Shown piece after piece: positions 1-14,000 of a stretch of DNA of 64,000 bases. The stretch lies in the NCBI RefSeq assembly GCF_009914755.1, contig NC_060928.1; one strand, given 5' to 3'. The notes below the pieces were generated by a model that worked only from the letters and a program-made list of their open reading frames with translations, searched no databases and was not told the DNA's origin. How positions within the stretch are numbered: the first letter of the stretch is position 1; every line of letters starts with the position of its first letter. This stretch comes from the human T2T-CHM13v2.0 reference genome, Homo sapiens. The position numbers and the translations under genes are program-made.

Positions 1-2350
1 AGGTAGTGATATTCCCCTCTTTCAGTCCTGATTTTTGTCATTTGTGTCTGTCTCTTTTTTCCCCCTAGTCAGTCTAGTTAACAATTTGCCAATTCTACTG
101 ATTTTTTCCATGGAGCAAATTTTTCGTTTCATTGATTTTTCAGGATTATTTTGTTTCTATTTCACTGATTTTTACTGTAATTTTTATTATTTCCTTTCTT
201 TGCATGCTTTGGGTTTACTTTCATCCTTCATTCTTGTTTCTTAAGATGAAAGCTTAAGTATTGATCTGAGATCTTTCTTTTTCTACTAACATAGGCATTT
301 AAAGCTATAAATTTTCCTGTTGGTACTGCTTTAGCTGTACTTAATAAATTTTTGATATGTTGTGTTTTCATTTTCATTTACTTAAACACATTTTTCAACT
401 TCCTTTGTGATTTTTTCTTTGACTCGTTGGTTATTTTGAAGTGGATTGTTAATTTTCAAATATTTGTGAATTTCCCAATTTTCTCTGTTGAGGACATCTA
501 ATTTAATTTCTTGTGGTCAGATGTTTCTCCCCCAGCACCTTCAGTATGTCCTCCCACTGTCTTCTGGCCTCCTCTGTTTCTGATAAGGAGTCAGCTGTTA
601 ATTGTATTGTCCCGCTGTACATGACGAGTTATTTTTCTCTTGCTGTTTTCAAGCTTGTCTTTAGCTTTCAACAGTTTATATATTGTGTATCTAAATGTAG
701 ATCTATTTGTTCTTATCATACTTGGAGTTAATGGAGCTTCTTAAATGTGTAGATTAATGTCTCTTATCAAATTTGGAAAGTTTTTGGCAATTATTTTTTC
801 AAATATTTTTATGCCCTTTTCCCCACTTCTCTTGTTCCAGGATTCCCATTACATGAATGTTGTTATGCTTGATGGAGTTCCACAGCTGTTTGAGAATCTG
901 TTCAATTTTCTTCATTTTTTTCTTTTTTCAGATTGGATAATTTTTATTGATTTATCTTCAAGTTCACTGATTTTTTATTATGGCATCTCAGATCTGGTGT
1001 TGAGCCCCTTTAGTGTACTTTCCATTTTACTTACTTTATTTTTCAACTCTAGTTTTCCATTTGGTTCTTCTTAAAATATAATCCCTGTGTGTTGATATTC
1101 TCTATTTGATGAGTCATTGTCATTATAATTTCCCTTAACTTATAAAATATAATTTTCTTTAGCTTTTGAACATAATTTTACTAGCTGCTTTGAAATTTTT
1201 TTCTGTGAAGTCTGACATCTTAGAAGACTTCTAAGAGACAATTTCTATTGACTTTTCCCCTGAGCTTTTTCTACTTTCCTGTTTCTTTTGATGTCTTACA
1301 ACATTCTTTTTGGAAATCAGAAATTTTAAATAGTATATTTTAGCAACTGTAAATTCTCACCCTCTCTCTAGGAGTTGTTACTGCTGATTTTGATTGTGTA
1401 TTGACTTTCCTGGACTTACTCTATAAAGTCTCTCTACTATAATATGTGGCTGTGATATCTCTGCTAAAGTTTCTTTTTTGTTCTTACTTTTTTCCTAAAT
1501 TTTAATTACTATTGTTAACCCTTGATTCAGCATAGCTTACTAACTGATCAGAGGTTGTGCTCAAACACATCAAGTCAGTAAAGCTTCTACTCTTTGCTGA
1601 TGGATCACTATATGGATTGCAGAACACATTTAAATTTCAGGCAGTTTACAGTTCTGTCCCTGCTCTTACCTTCTATGGAGACTTTGTGCTTTCTTTGCAT
1701 GTACACAAGATCTCACATTCAGCCAGCCATGTGTACATAGCTAGTGTCCTCTTCAGTCTTTTCTGCACATGCAGTCAGCCTTGCACATAACCACAGCCTT
1801 TCAGACCTTTAGGGATATTTTGAAGCTTAACAAGTCTCACTGTGGCTGTCTAGTTACTTAGAGCTCCCTGTCAAATTTCTGGCTATGCTTCTGATCTGTT
1901 GCTTATCCTAACCAATATTATAACCACAGACTAACTGCAACATTGGCCTTCCCCATTTGTTTGCTAATGAAATCACTATTGTGAATCAACTACTCTTTTC
2001 CATGATGTCTGAGGGCATGGGATATTTTCCATATTCATTTCAAATCAAGTCAGTCTTCTCTGGCAGAAAAGCTATTGGTTTTCACAGTATACCCTGACCT
2101 GGTAGATCTACTACACTGATGGAATTGAGGGGATGAGGGGTGCAGCCCCAGGTTAAAACATCAGAGTCCCAGTGTCATTGGCCCAGTGTCAGTAGGTTTA
2201 TTTGAATAAACTATTCTAAATTTTTTGCATGCCTTTGGTCAATTTTCAGTGTCTCAAAGTTGTTTTTTGACAATTTTGTTCAGTTGTTTCTTCAGTGAAG
2301 AATTTGCTGAGTTCCTTTCTCTACCTTTGTCAAAGTTTCATCTCTTCAAT
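1..2350 (-). mobile_element. Old L1 (L1M-type) fragments
   Basis: T-rich antisense L1-like text such as ctataaattttcctgttggtactgctttagctg and cttctggcctcctctgtttctgataaggagtcagctg. The right boundary is approximate. Confidence 0.75.
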
Positions 2351-3049
2351 ATAATTTTGTTGTTATTGCTCTTTTGTGTGCTGCTTTGCTAGGACTGCCA
2401 ACCAGAGACCCCACCCTTTTTCTTTTTGCCAGGAAATACACCTAAGACATAGCTGAGCCATCAAACACTCTTGTCCCAAATTTTAAATCTTGATAGGAGT
2501 GATACAAAAACTGAAAATAAAGTGTTATACTTCATTCATTTTAGCAGTACCCTGACTGGATTCTAAATTATCTCAGCTACCTCTGCTTCTAGGGCTCCTC
2601 TGGTTCTCATCATGTACAAAGCCTGGTTCTGTGGCCTTTCATCAATTCTAGAAGGACCCCCATGTCTGTCCAATAAATACCTTTCCTTCTCAAGTTAGCC
2701 AGAGCCTGTTTCTGTTGCTGGCAAACAAAGAATCTGACTGATACAGCTTTTCAAAGGATGTGCAGAAGGGAATCTTCTAAAGACTCCAGATAAGAGGCCA
2801 ATTATTCACTTGACAGTTTTTGGGATTGCTGCAACACACGTGCACCTGTGGGACGCTCCTATGCCGGCGGTATGTTGTGTGCCTGATGAAATCCCACTGG
2901 AGGGGCCAAGTCTGCACCTGTCACCAGTCACAAAGAGGATCCAATTTTTATCCATTTCATCTGGAGAACCATCTGGGCTGGGAATAGCAGTAATAATAAC
3001 AAATCATTGTCACCAGATTTCCACATAGACGGCACACTTTTTTTGTTGT

Positions 3050-3745
3050 TGTCACTCTTGTTAAACATCAAGTTTTCAAGTCTGCTGGTAAATAGTCAGC
3101 AGTGGTTACGAAGGCTGACCTGGCCTGTATGACACGGGATTTGGACTGGTCCTGAGAACATGGCATGGTGAGAACTGGCTACTGATAGTCTTTTCTGGAG
3201 GGACAGGAAGTTGGGGGGAATGTCTCTAGAAGGCCATCGTTGAAAGAACTATTCAAGGGAGTATTGGGTAGCAATGGCTTGCTTATCAACATCAGATGTA
3301 AAAACAATTTTGGGTTTTGTTTGATGTGGGCCAGCAGCAGAATGTGGCTGATAAACAAGCAATCTGTATTATTAAATAGCAGTAATAGAGGTATATTATA
3401 TTAAACAGGCAAGTTGATAGTTCTCCTCTGTTTCACCCTTCTTAGAGCACTCAAAGTTATATCTTCATTTTAGACATCACACATTTTTTGTGCTAGAGAC
3501 TATCAAGAACACATTTAGAGGAGAACAATAAAGATGGTGAATTGACTTCAGCCGCCATGTAATGAACACTGGAAGGAGCATTTAATTTGCAGAGGACAAA
3601 ATAAGGGGGTAGAAATAATAGAGAATGGGAAGTAACATAGCTATTTTCAAAATCTACAGAAACGAGATGTGGAAGAAGGATAGCATTTGTTCTCTCTATC
3701 TCCAGTGACAGATCAAGGATCAACAGGCAGAAGCTACAAGCAGAT
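3050..3745 (+). mobile_element. Ancient CR1/L3-like LINE fragment
   Basis: Degenerate similarity to recalled L3 3' region motifs. Confidence 0.4.
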
Positions 3746-4933
3746 ATATTTTAATTCCATATGACTCTATATAAAATACTTAAATTCGTTTTCTATAATG
3801 TCACCTAGAAGTGGGCTTTCATTTTGTAATTTTAGTCAAAGTATGTATAATTGTGAGGACTAACACTGTTCGTTTATAAATACTGACACTGACGAGTGAC
3901 AGGCAGGTGAAAGCTGTAAGAATTTTGTGTTTGGTTAAGGTTTTGTTCACCTACTCTTTTAAAAATTAAATGTAGTGATTCTTTCACAAGTTGTAACCTG
4001 TAGTAATAAATATGCATTTTCTATTTTGAAATTGATATAATACAAACCCTATTTATAAAACGGCTATGTATATTTTTAGCATTTATTTATTTTAGGAGTT
4101 TTGTAAAAATTTGCAGAACCATGTGTAGGAGCTCTGACAAATGAAGCAAGATACACGAATAAAGCCTTAGAAGAGAGATCAAATAGTTGACAAGTGAGAG
4201 ACTAACAGTGAACCTGGAGGAAAGAGTGGGAATTAGAAGAAGAGCAAACAGTCTATGACTGTTAGAAGGAGTAGAGGAGAATAATCGATCACTGTAATCA
4301 AGGTGGATGGGCATAGCATAGAAAATGCTGTTAGAATGGTGTGCACTACATCACTCTTGGACAGTGGTACTATACTGTATACAGCCATTTAAATCATGGT
4401 CCCCAAGTCACAGGCATAAGACTCAGGACCACAGCTAGCTTGTCCAATAACTTTGGGTCAATTAGAAAAAGGCACACACTGGGCGGATGTAGCCCTGTAG
4501 GTGAATTGCTTAGGGAATAAAGTATAGGCTGGATTTCAGCTTTCGTACATGGCCGTCTGCTGAGCACCTTCATGCAGGGAATAGCTGTACCCATGGCTAT
4601 GAATAGTCTCCACATCATCTATTCATATTTTCTGAAACTCATTTTTGGAATTTTCTATCTAGACTCTAAGGGTTGGGTCAGAGGGATGAGATTATTCATT
4701 TTGTTTGGAATGGAATGGAGTATATCAAACTCCATACAAATGGCAAAGAAGAACTTTCAAAACTATCCAGATTTGAAATGCAAAGCTTATTAGGAGGAAG
4801 TTATTCCCCATAATTAAAAGAGTTTAAGCAAAGTTTTGGTTATAGGATGTAAGAAAATAGCCCAGTTACTGCAACTGAGATTTAAGGTCCAGGTGGAATT
4901 AGGAGCAAAGTTGGTGAAGCTGAGCTTGGGAAT

Positions 4934-5250
4934 GTGGTTTGCAAACAGCAGCATGCATCAGAATCTCCTAAAGCTTACAAGTACATAGAGCTGGGCCCTG
5001 GTCCCAGAGTCTCTGATTTCATAGGTGTTCTAACAGGTTCCCAGGTGATATTGATGCTGCTAGGCCAGAGACCACATCTTGAGATTGGCTTAGACAGTCA
5101 ATTTGCAAACTTTAATGTAGGCACAAATCAGCTGGAGATCTTGTTAAAATGCAGATTCTGATTCAGTGAGTCTGGGGTGGGGCCTGAGATTCTGCATTGC
5201 TGAGCAAGCTTCCAGATACTGGCCCAGGGACCAGGCTTTGAGCATCAAGG
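4934..5250. mobile_element. MER5A/MER5B-type hAT-Charlie fragments
   Basis: gttaaaatgcagattctgattcagtgagtctggggtggggcctgagattctgcat and ttctaacaggttcccaggtgatattgatgctgct. Confidence 0.75.
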
Positions 5251-6851
5251 GCCTAGGGTTGGTTCAGTGGCAGATGCACGGCTTGAAGTTGCATGACAGA
5301 TTACTGCAACTGTAGAGACTAGACATTGTTGGGCAGGGACCCAGGTAGCACACTCATTGACTCCGCAGATATGAGCAGAGCACCTACTGTGTGCCAGGTG
5401 CTGTTAAAATGCTGGGACACTGCAGGGAATGAAACAAAGTCCTTGCTTTCATGGAATTCCCATTCCTGAGAAGCAAAATCATGTTTATAGCGCACTCTTC
5501 AATCTCTCAGAGGATTCTTTTTTTGGCTTCAATTTTTCATATCACAGCTTATCCTGAAGAAGGAGAAAGATAAAGGACTAGAGAAAAGTAGAATAACTCA
5601 AAATACTTTTTTCTTCCATTTTATTTAAGAAGTCTGAACATTTCTTAGACTCATAAATAAATTTTTCAGAAAAGATGTTCATATATTTATACAGGCATAT
5701 TCATTTATACTTCCTCCAAATAATTTCTAACAAAATATACATCAAGACACATTATAATGTTCTTGCCATATGGGGATATAGACAGAGGCATGACATGAAT
5801 ATTGACTTTTAAATTGGGGTGGTTCAAAAATATGGATCAAGACAGTGTTTAGAGGGAATAGACAGTATTTTAAGGGAGCCAAGGGTGATTTTCCACTGCC
5901 TTCTAGGTTCCTCCCAGGAAGTCTGGGAAAGTGGGAAGGAAACACCCAATAGATCAGCAGACTAGGTGAGGCAGTGAAATGTAGTGGCCAAAAGCATGGG
6001 TTCAAATCCTGTCTCCATCGGTTACAAATTGTGTGACCTTGGCAAGTTATTGAATGTCTTTGATGTCTAGTATCTTCATCTTAAAAGGGGGGATAAAGTC
6101 TATCTTGCAAGTTGGTTGAGAGAATGAATGAAATGAATATATGCATGACTCATGCTTAACTCTCAATCAATGATAACTTGGTATCAAGCTGGACATAGAC
6201 CAGAATGTCAGCATAGTTCAGGGCTATTTTTGACATACATGTAAGCAATGCAGAGGAGTAGATCTAGCTCAGGCTACAAATGTTCTCCTGGGCCAACTTT
6301 CCAGAAGGAGGCTGAGAACACAGTAGAAGAATTTTATTGAGAAAAAAAAAAAAAAAAGCACTAACTAGATAGTAAAGGGCTGAGTTAGACTGAGCAGGAG
6401 AGGATTCTATGGCTACAACGAGTGTAAATTCCCTCCTAAGATCAGAGTACTGAAATTTCACACCAGGTCCACCAGAACAGCTTTTGAATTTATGATGCTT
6501 TTAAATATGCTTTAAGATGACAACACCCAATCTGGTGAAGTTACAATAAAACTTCTATATCATAAGTTGCTGGTGGCAAATTGGTACTATCTTTTAGGAA
6601 AGTAATTTGGCAGTATGAATTAGAAATTATGAAAATATTCATCCTCTGTCACTTGATTGTTCTTCTTTGGAAAGTTATTCTAAGGAAATAATCCAAACGA
6701 AGGAAAACAAGGAAGATGATTGTTTTCATTACCTATATTGAAGAAGAAGAAAAAAACAGAAAGCAGCTATGTAATTCAAAGGATATTTATGTAACAATAT
6801 AATCTAGTTATAATTGGGGCATATCAAAATTACTTGAAAACGTAGCGGTTT

Positions 6852-7165
6852 AGGCCGGGCAATGTGGGTCATGCCTGTAATCCCAGCACTTTGGGCAGCC
6901 AAGATGGGAAGATCACTCAGGCCTAGGAGTTTGAGACCACTGTAGGCAACATGGCAAAACCCCCTCTTTACAAAAAAAAATACAACAATTAGCCAGGCAT
7001 GGTGGCGTGTGACTGCAGTCCCAGCTACTTGGGAGGTAGAGGTGGGAGGACCACCTGAGCTTGGGGAGGACGAGGCTGCAGTGAGCCGTGATTGCACCCC
7101 TACACGCCAGCCTGGCTAACAGAATGAGACCCTAATGAGATGCTGTCTCAAAACAAAAACAATAA
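6852..7165 (+). mobile_element. AluJ-like
   Basis: ggccgggcaatgtgggtcatgcctgtaatcccagc ... A-rich tail, with a degenerate TSD tagcggttta/tagcagttta. Confidence 0.9.
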
Positions 7166-7204
7166 AAAATAGCAGTTTAAACCAGTCATGTTCATTTGCT
7201 CACA

Positions 7205-7397
7205 TTTTTTTTTCTTTGGAGACGGAGTCTCACTCTGTCGCCCAGGCTGGAGTGCTCAAGCTCTGCCTCCCGGGTTCATGCCATTCTCCTGACTCAGCCT
7301 CCCGAGTAGCTGGGACTACAGGTGCCCGCCACCATGCCCGGCTAATTTTTAGTATTTTTAGTGGAGATGGGGTTTCACTGTGTTAGCCAGGATGGTC
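7205..7397 (-). mobile_element. AluY-like, 5'-truncated, with an internal deletion
   Basis: aagctctgcctcccgggttcatgccattctcc; TSD catttgctcaca at 7193-7204 and 7398-7409. Confidence 0.9.
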
Positions 7398-10300
7398 CAT
7401 TTGCTCACAGTTTTATGAGTCAGAAATTCAAAAAGGTTGGGAAGTTCTTACTTGGAGTCTGTCGTGGACTGCATTCAGATCTCTGTTGGGGCTGTAGTCC
7501 TCCAATGGCATGACTAGGCTTGTCATCCGAGATGGATCACTCACATGACAGGCAGTTGGTTTCAGCTGAAAGCTTAGCTGGGCTGTCAGCCAGAGCACCT
7601 ACACGCAGCCTCTCCAGCATAGCAGCCTCTCCAGCATAGCAGCCTCAGGATAATCAGATTTCTTTACAGGGTTTTTGTTTCTCCCAGAGGTAAAATCCCA
7701 AGAACACCAGGTGTAAGCTTCGTAGCTTTTTCTAATCTGATCTTGAAAGTTATGCTGTGTCATGTCTCCTGTATTCTTCTGGTTAAAAGTGAGACATTAA
7801 TGCTGGCCCAAACTCAAGGGGAGGGGATACACACTCCACCCATCAATGGGAGGAATGTCAGAGGAATTACAGACATGTTTTAAAATTGCTACAGTCTTAT
7901 TTGCATTCCTCCCACATGCAACATACCCTCTCCCTTATCAAGATCTCCCAAAGGCTCAACTATTACAGCATCAGACTCAGGCTGGACGTTCAGGATCACA
8001 TCATCTCAGTCAGGTCCAGGTGTAAATTCATCTGCTCAAGTTTCTGAAGACCTCAGGACTAAAGAGATCAAGGGTTAGAATAAATAAAATAGACACTCCT
8101 ATTCCAAAAGGAAGGGATGGCAAGCACAGAGCAGTCACTAGTCCAGAGAAACTTGAAATTCAACTGGGTACCTGTCACCAGTTCTTTGTTCATGTCATCC
8201 AGTACTGTGGATTGTACTAATACTGATTTGTACTAATTGTACTAGGGGATTGTTCATCAGTACTGATTTGTACTGATTGTGCTAGGGAATTCCTCCTCTA
8301 GGTTCTCAGCTCCTCCATCTGGGCTCCTGGTTTTTCCCTCTGAGTCGTCCTTCCCTTTTCATAATAAGCAGCCTGTGAGTGCGGCGGGGTGGCTCTCTCA
8401 TTTGGCTTCCTTCCCACAGAAGGTTGTGGATCAGAACCACTTTCATTTTGTGCTGCTTCTGTCTCTTTCAGACCAAGATGATATTGCTTCTGCCAATATA
8501 ATTCCCTTGAAATATTTGTTAGCTTTTATGAATCTTACTAGAGTCCCTTCATTGGACAAATACCACAAAGGGTCTTTGGGATAGCCTCTTCTCTATCTTT
8601 GATTCTCTATAAGGCTGCAACATCTTTCAGAGCCTAGAAGCTCTATGATTTAAGAGGGGTGATCTACTACAAAGCATGATCTTAAGATCTTTAGATACAT
8701 TTTATCTAGCAGACCATGTCTAGGAGATACCATTTTAAATCTTTCTGAAATCATAAAAAAAGTGTTGTAAAGTTGCCCCTCTGGCTTTATTTTTACCCTT
8801 TGGTGGCATTTTCCCGAAAGAGCCCTGAGTTTGATCTTTTCCCTAAGGTCCTTTCTTACTTTAAGAATCCTTTGCTGACTGAAAATATTCTCTTGAGCCC
8901 TTTGTATTTCTTTCAAATTTCCCTTGAAAATAAAATAGTTGGTTTTTTAAAGTTTATTTGTTTATTCTCTTTACTTTCATTTTATCATAGGCAATTAGAA
9001 GAAGCCAGATGGCATCTTAAACACTCTGCTTGGGAATTTTCTTAGCTAGATCATCGCATTCCTTTAGTACATTTTCTATTTTCCACATTACTGCAGGTGA
9101 TAGTTTTGCAAAACTTTCCACCACTACATAACCATGGTCTCCTCTCCTTCAGCTTCTTGTAAATCTCCCTCACCTTCCTTTAAGCCCTCCCTGACATATT
9201 GCACTTCTCAAGGCCCATCAGGTTTCAGTTTACATTCCAGCCCTTGCCTGCTGCCTAGTCTCAAAACCAATGGCATGTGGTTTAGATTTCTATTATTGCA
9301 GACCCTCATTTCCACATACCACAATTCTTTCTGTTTACTATTGCTGTGTGAAAATTTGTCTTTAAATGTAGTGGCCTACAACAACCATTTCATTTTGCTC
9401 ATAATTTTGTGCATCAGAAATTTGAAGAGGGCTCAGCTGAGCAGTTCTCATTTGAGGTTACTCACGCAGTTGCAGTAAGATGTCAGCTGGGGCTGCAAAC
9501 ATCTGATGACTTGACCAGCCTGGATGTCCAAGATGGCTCACGTGTGCGGTTAAGAGCTGGCTCTGCTGTCAGCTCTGAGCTCAGCTGGGCTGTCTTCGGT
9601 GTCTACATGTGGGCTTTCTAGCACAGCACTCTCAGGATACTTGGCCTTCTTCATGGTGCTGGTTTTCCCTGGAGCTAACATCCCAAAAGAACCAGGCAGA
9701 AGTTGTATGGTCTTTTCTGACCCAGTTTTGAAAGTTAAAAACAACATCACATCTGCTGCATTCTATTGGTTATAAGGTGCTCACTAAGTCATCCCAGATT
9801 CATGGGTAGGGGACATAGGTACCACCCCTCCATGAGATGAGTGACAAACAATTTGCAGATATGTTTTAAAACTGCCACACAACATATTAAATTCTCTAAG
9901 GTTAGGGATAAAAAAGCAGAATATATAATTGCATATGACCTGGGATTGAAAGCAGTATCCAGGAATGGACATATGAAAAACACTGGAAAGAAATGCAAAA
10001 AATATTGTATTTTTTCATTATTGTAGATGATTTTTTTCCATTTATTTTATAGTAGGAAAGAAAGAATGAATGAAAGAAAAGAAAACATATTTCTAAGAGA
10101 TTCAATACTTTTTCTTTATAACCTCTGCTCCTTTTATCTTACAGTTTATCTTTGGGATAGCCATGAGAATCACTTTAAGTTGGGTTTGAGGATGAGAGGG
10201 AGCATTGACAACATGACCAGTTGGATATGAAGGTAGCCTTGGCTGTGGTGAAGTCGGATTGAGCGGTAATGCACAGGGCTATTATGTGACACTTCAAGGA

Positions 10301-10645
10301 CTAATTAGGGCCAGGAGGAAGCCCAAAAGTGTTATCTCTTATGTGCAGGATCAAGACACCCAAGTAGGTTCACACATTTCATGGCCATTAAATTCTGTTT
10401 GCCCCATGAAACAAGTAAGGAGACATAGGTCAAATGTTGAAACTGAAAAGTGGTACAGATCTGTCCAAACAGAATGTTCTTGCATTCAATCACTCAAGCA
10501 ATGTGGAATTAAAAGCTATGTGTTATTATTAGATGCTCTACACTACACACCCAGACTTCCCTCTACCTGCTGATGTCCAGAGAACTTTCTTAACCTAGTT
10601 TTGCTCACACAGCAGGACCTGGATCCCAGTACAGATCCAGAGTCC

Positions 10646-11040
10646 TGTTATGGACTGAATTGTGTTCCCCCAAAATGTGTATCTTGAAACCTGAAGTCCC
10701 AATGTAACTGCATTTGAAGATAGGGCCTTTAAAGAGGTAATTATGGTTAAATACGGCCATAAGGGTGAGGCCCTAATCTAACAGGATTGGTGTCCTTATA
10801 AGAAGACAGACACCAAATAGCTCTCCTCTTTCTCTAAATGCACGCACATAGGCAGGCCATGTGAAGATACAGAGAGAAGGCAGCCATCTGCAAGCTGCAG
10901 AGAGAGGCTGCAGGAGTGGTCAATCCTGCTGACACCTTGATCTTGGACTTCCAGCTTTCTCAACGGTGCTCAAACAAGTTTCTGTTGTTTAAGTCACCGA
11001 GACTGTGGTACTTTGTTATGGCAGCCCTAGAAAACTAATA
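10646..11040 (+). mobile_element. MLT1B-like MaLR LTR
   Basis: tgttatggactgaattgtgttccccc ... gtggtactttgttatggcagccctagaaaactaata. Confidence 0.85.
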
Positions 11041-14000
11041 AAAAGTCCTTCAAGCTGATTCCTGGTATCCTTTTGGCATGCCCTGATCATTTATTGAGCA
11101 TTTCTTTACTTTCTAGCACAATAGGATGTTCTGTGTCATTTAGTACCTTTTCTGCCTGTGGTAGGCCGCACAATGGCCTCCCAAAAAGGTCCACATAGGA
11201 ATCCTCTACACCTGTGAATAAGTTGCCTTAAAGGTGTTTGGCCCAGTGCATATGCCACCATGTAAAATCGGCTTCCATGAGTAGCAAGAAAAAATTTTTG
11301 GAAAATCACATTTGTCACTTTGCCTAATGAGAGAAATGTTGAAAAGAAGGTTAATTGAAATTTAAGAAAATAAAAGGCTGTTTGGGGGATGAGAATGGTT
11401 TGCTTCTTACCTTCTCTGCACAGCAGAGATACACAGAAATGGTTTAGAGTTGCCATGGGATGGACTTGAAGTGGGTGGTAAGGAAATTCCAATGTGTCTA
11501 CATCAGGTGCAGTGCCAGGGGCTAAGAAAAAGACAAAGATGCTTAAGACATGGTCCCTGTCCTCAAAGGATTCAATCTGGGGATAGTTTCTCACCTACAT
11601 GGGAAACCAAAGAGATTACCTAGAATACATAAGGGCATTTTTGTGGTGCTAGCAAGTAAATCAGAAGGCTGATGTACTGATTCAACTGATGTACTGATTC
11701 AACTGATGTGTAGATTTTAAGGATAGAAGGAAGAAATATAGCAATGACAAATTTGATTGGAAAAGATCAGCTGGGACGATCATACTCATCCCAAATGCAG
11801 CTTTATCACAATGGAATGATGCCTGATACAAAAGAAACAACAGAACATGGCAGATCAAGGTGTTGTGAAAACACTGAGCTGGTTGCAGTCACTGCACCTG
11901 TGTTTGCTGATCTTAAACAGCTGCGTGTGGATAATGTTAGCAGGAACAGGGCAATTGAGGAACTTGAGAACGCTAGTGCTGTGATTGAAGCCACCTGTCC
12001 TGGCATCACAGGTAAGATGGTGAAAAAGTTAACTGGGAAATTTCAAAATCGTTCCACTGATGTATCCTCTTCTCAGCTTTTCGTTATTGGCTTCTGTTTC
12101 ATATGAAACCCAGTAAAGCTCTTCAAGCTTGCCTTCATGCCTAACTCAAAAGCTCCATATGCCTTTCACACTTTTGCAACTTGTTGATGATTAAAGACTT
12201 TAAAGAACTTTCCTCATCCCCACGAGAAAAGTGCTTTGTGTAGTGGTTAAAAGCGTGGATTTTGGAGTGATCATCCAGGTACAAGGCCTGAGAAGCTTTA
12301 CAAGCTGTGTGAGTTTAGTTGAGTTATTAAACATTTCTGGGCTTCAGTTTCTCTTCCACAAAATGGAAATAATAATAAAACATCCTTATGGTAAATGGGA
12401 ATTGAAGACTATTCTATACCTGGTTGACTCCAGGTCTGACTCCTTTGCAAAATGTTTGAACCACTGAAGAGAGACTGGTGAGTTTGGTGTTATTTCATTT
12501 TGACCAAGCTCTTGGTCTTGGGCCTAGATGTAGGTGAGAAAAGCACTTCCTCTTTTTGGAGCTTGGCCTGGGCTGTAAGGTGTGGGGACATCTGGGGTGC
12601 TTCTGACAGTTGCTCAGGGAAGCCCAGCCCAGCCCCAAAGTGGCCATCAGTTTGCAATCTAGGAAACTGACCTGTAAAAATGCAGGGATAGACCTGGGTC
12701 CATCAAATCTGTGAGTTTTTATCTGGCTTTTACTTTCCTGCCATTATTCCCACACCTAGGCTAGTTTTTAATAAGAATGACACCCTGGCCTCTGATTTGC
12801 TGTGGTAAACAAGCAGATGGGCCTGCCCATGTGTGAGATGAAGTGGACACAAGGAGGTAGCAATCCCTCCCTGAGGTCAGGCTGGAGGTAGCATTGAGGC
12901 CACCAGAAGAGGATCATTGGTGGCAGAGGCACCATATGGTGGTATGGTGAAGAGATTCAAGTGGCAGAACACACGAGTCTGTGCCCGAGTACATGAGAGA
13001 GATGCCCAAAACACTGAAATAGCTGGAATTCACTGGATGGAATCATGGGATATTTCCTGCTAACTATGTGGGCAGGGCCATAGATGTAGTCCCTTGGGTT
13101 ACTAGCCCAACACCTTCATTTAACAGAACACACACGTGTCTACAGTCAGTGGGGATGGTCGCTGTATTTAACCACTGCTGTGTTGTCAAAGACCATTCCA
13201 AAAGGATGTAACTGATCCTGGTGCTGAAGCTTACAATCATTTATGGAAGAAAGCAAATCCTATTGCTGGTGACATGGAAGATCTCCAAAGCCCCTTTATA
13301 AAGGAGAGAAGGGGTATTTGGGTTTTCCATCATTTCCCCAGCAAACTGTAATTTCTATCTATTGAGATTGGTAGAACTTTTGCCACCAATCTTTCTGAAT
13401 TCTGGGTTTTGTTACTGGGTTTTTTTTTCTTTCAAAAGAGTGAATCAGATTTTCTGGATGTCCCACTGTGCCAGGAATTAACCCTTTAGTTTCTGGATCC
13501 TGGGGAAGTTCCTGAGGTTCCAGAAGAGGGGCTGGGTAGCTGACAGTGGGGAAGCAAACAGAGAGCTTGAGTCAATGTCTATTTACCAGGCTGTATGAAA
13601 ATATTCCAATGTTTTAACAACCGGAGCATCTGGGACTGGTGCACCCCAGTCCTGCCTACACAACCAGGACCACACACAGCAGAAGTCTTCTCACACTCGT
13701 GTCATTCCTGAGAGGTTTTACACAGAAAACTGAGGCTCTGCTGAACTTTAGCGGGGAATAGGATAGGAGCACAACACTGCGCTTTCAGGCTGTCTCTCAT
13801 ACTTGGATAGCTCTTCCCACGTACCCTCTTGTGTAAGCAGAGAAGCCATGTGGGAGAGACCCTATGCTATTGTCCCTTCCCCTTGAGTCTCTGAAACAAG
13901 GCAGATCTATATGTCATAGTTCCTGTTTTAGAGCTGCAATCTGCCAAAAGGTTGACTTATCTTTAACGAACTCTTCTGCTTCTGGGCCTGCATGAATGCT

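Larger units (their letters stand above)
6805..9879 (-). mobile_element. MLT1 (H/F-like) MaLR provirus: LTR ~6805-7892, internal ~7893-9329, LTR ~9330-9879
   Basis: Two same-orientation related LTRs with similar ends (gacatgttttaaaattgctaca; gatatgttttaaaactgccaca) flank about 1.4 kb of non-coding internal sequence. Confidence 0.7.

Noticed and set aside
11669-11709. 17-bp tandem repeat ctgatgtactgattcaa (about 2.4 copies)
   Set aside because: An ordinary slippage micro-duplication with no supporting context.
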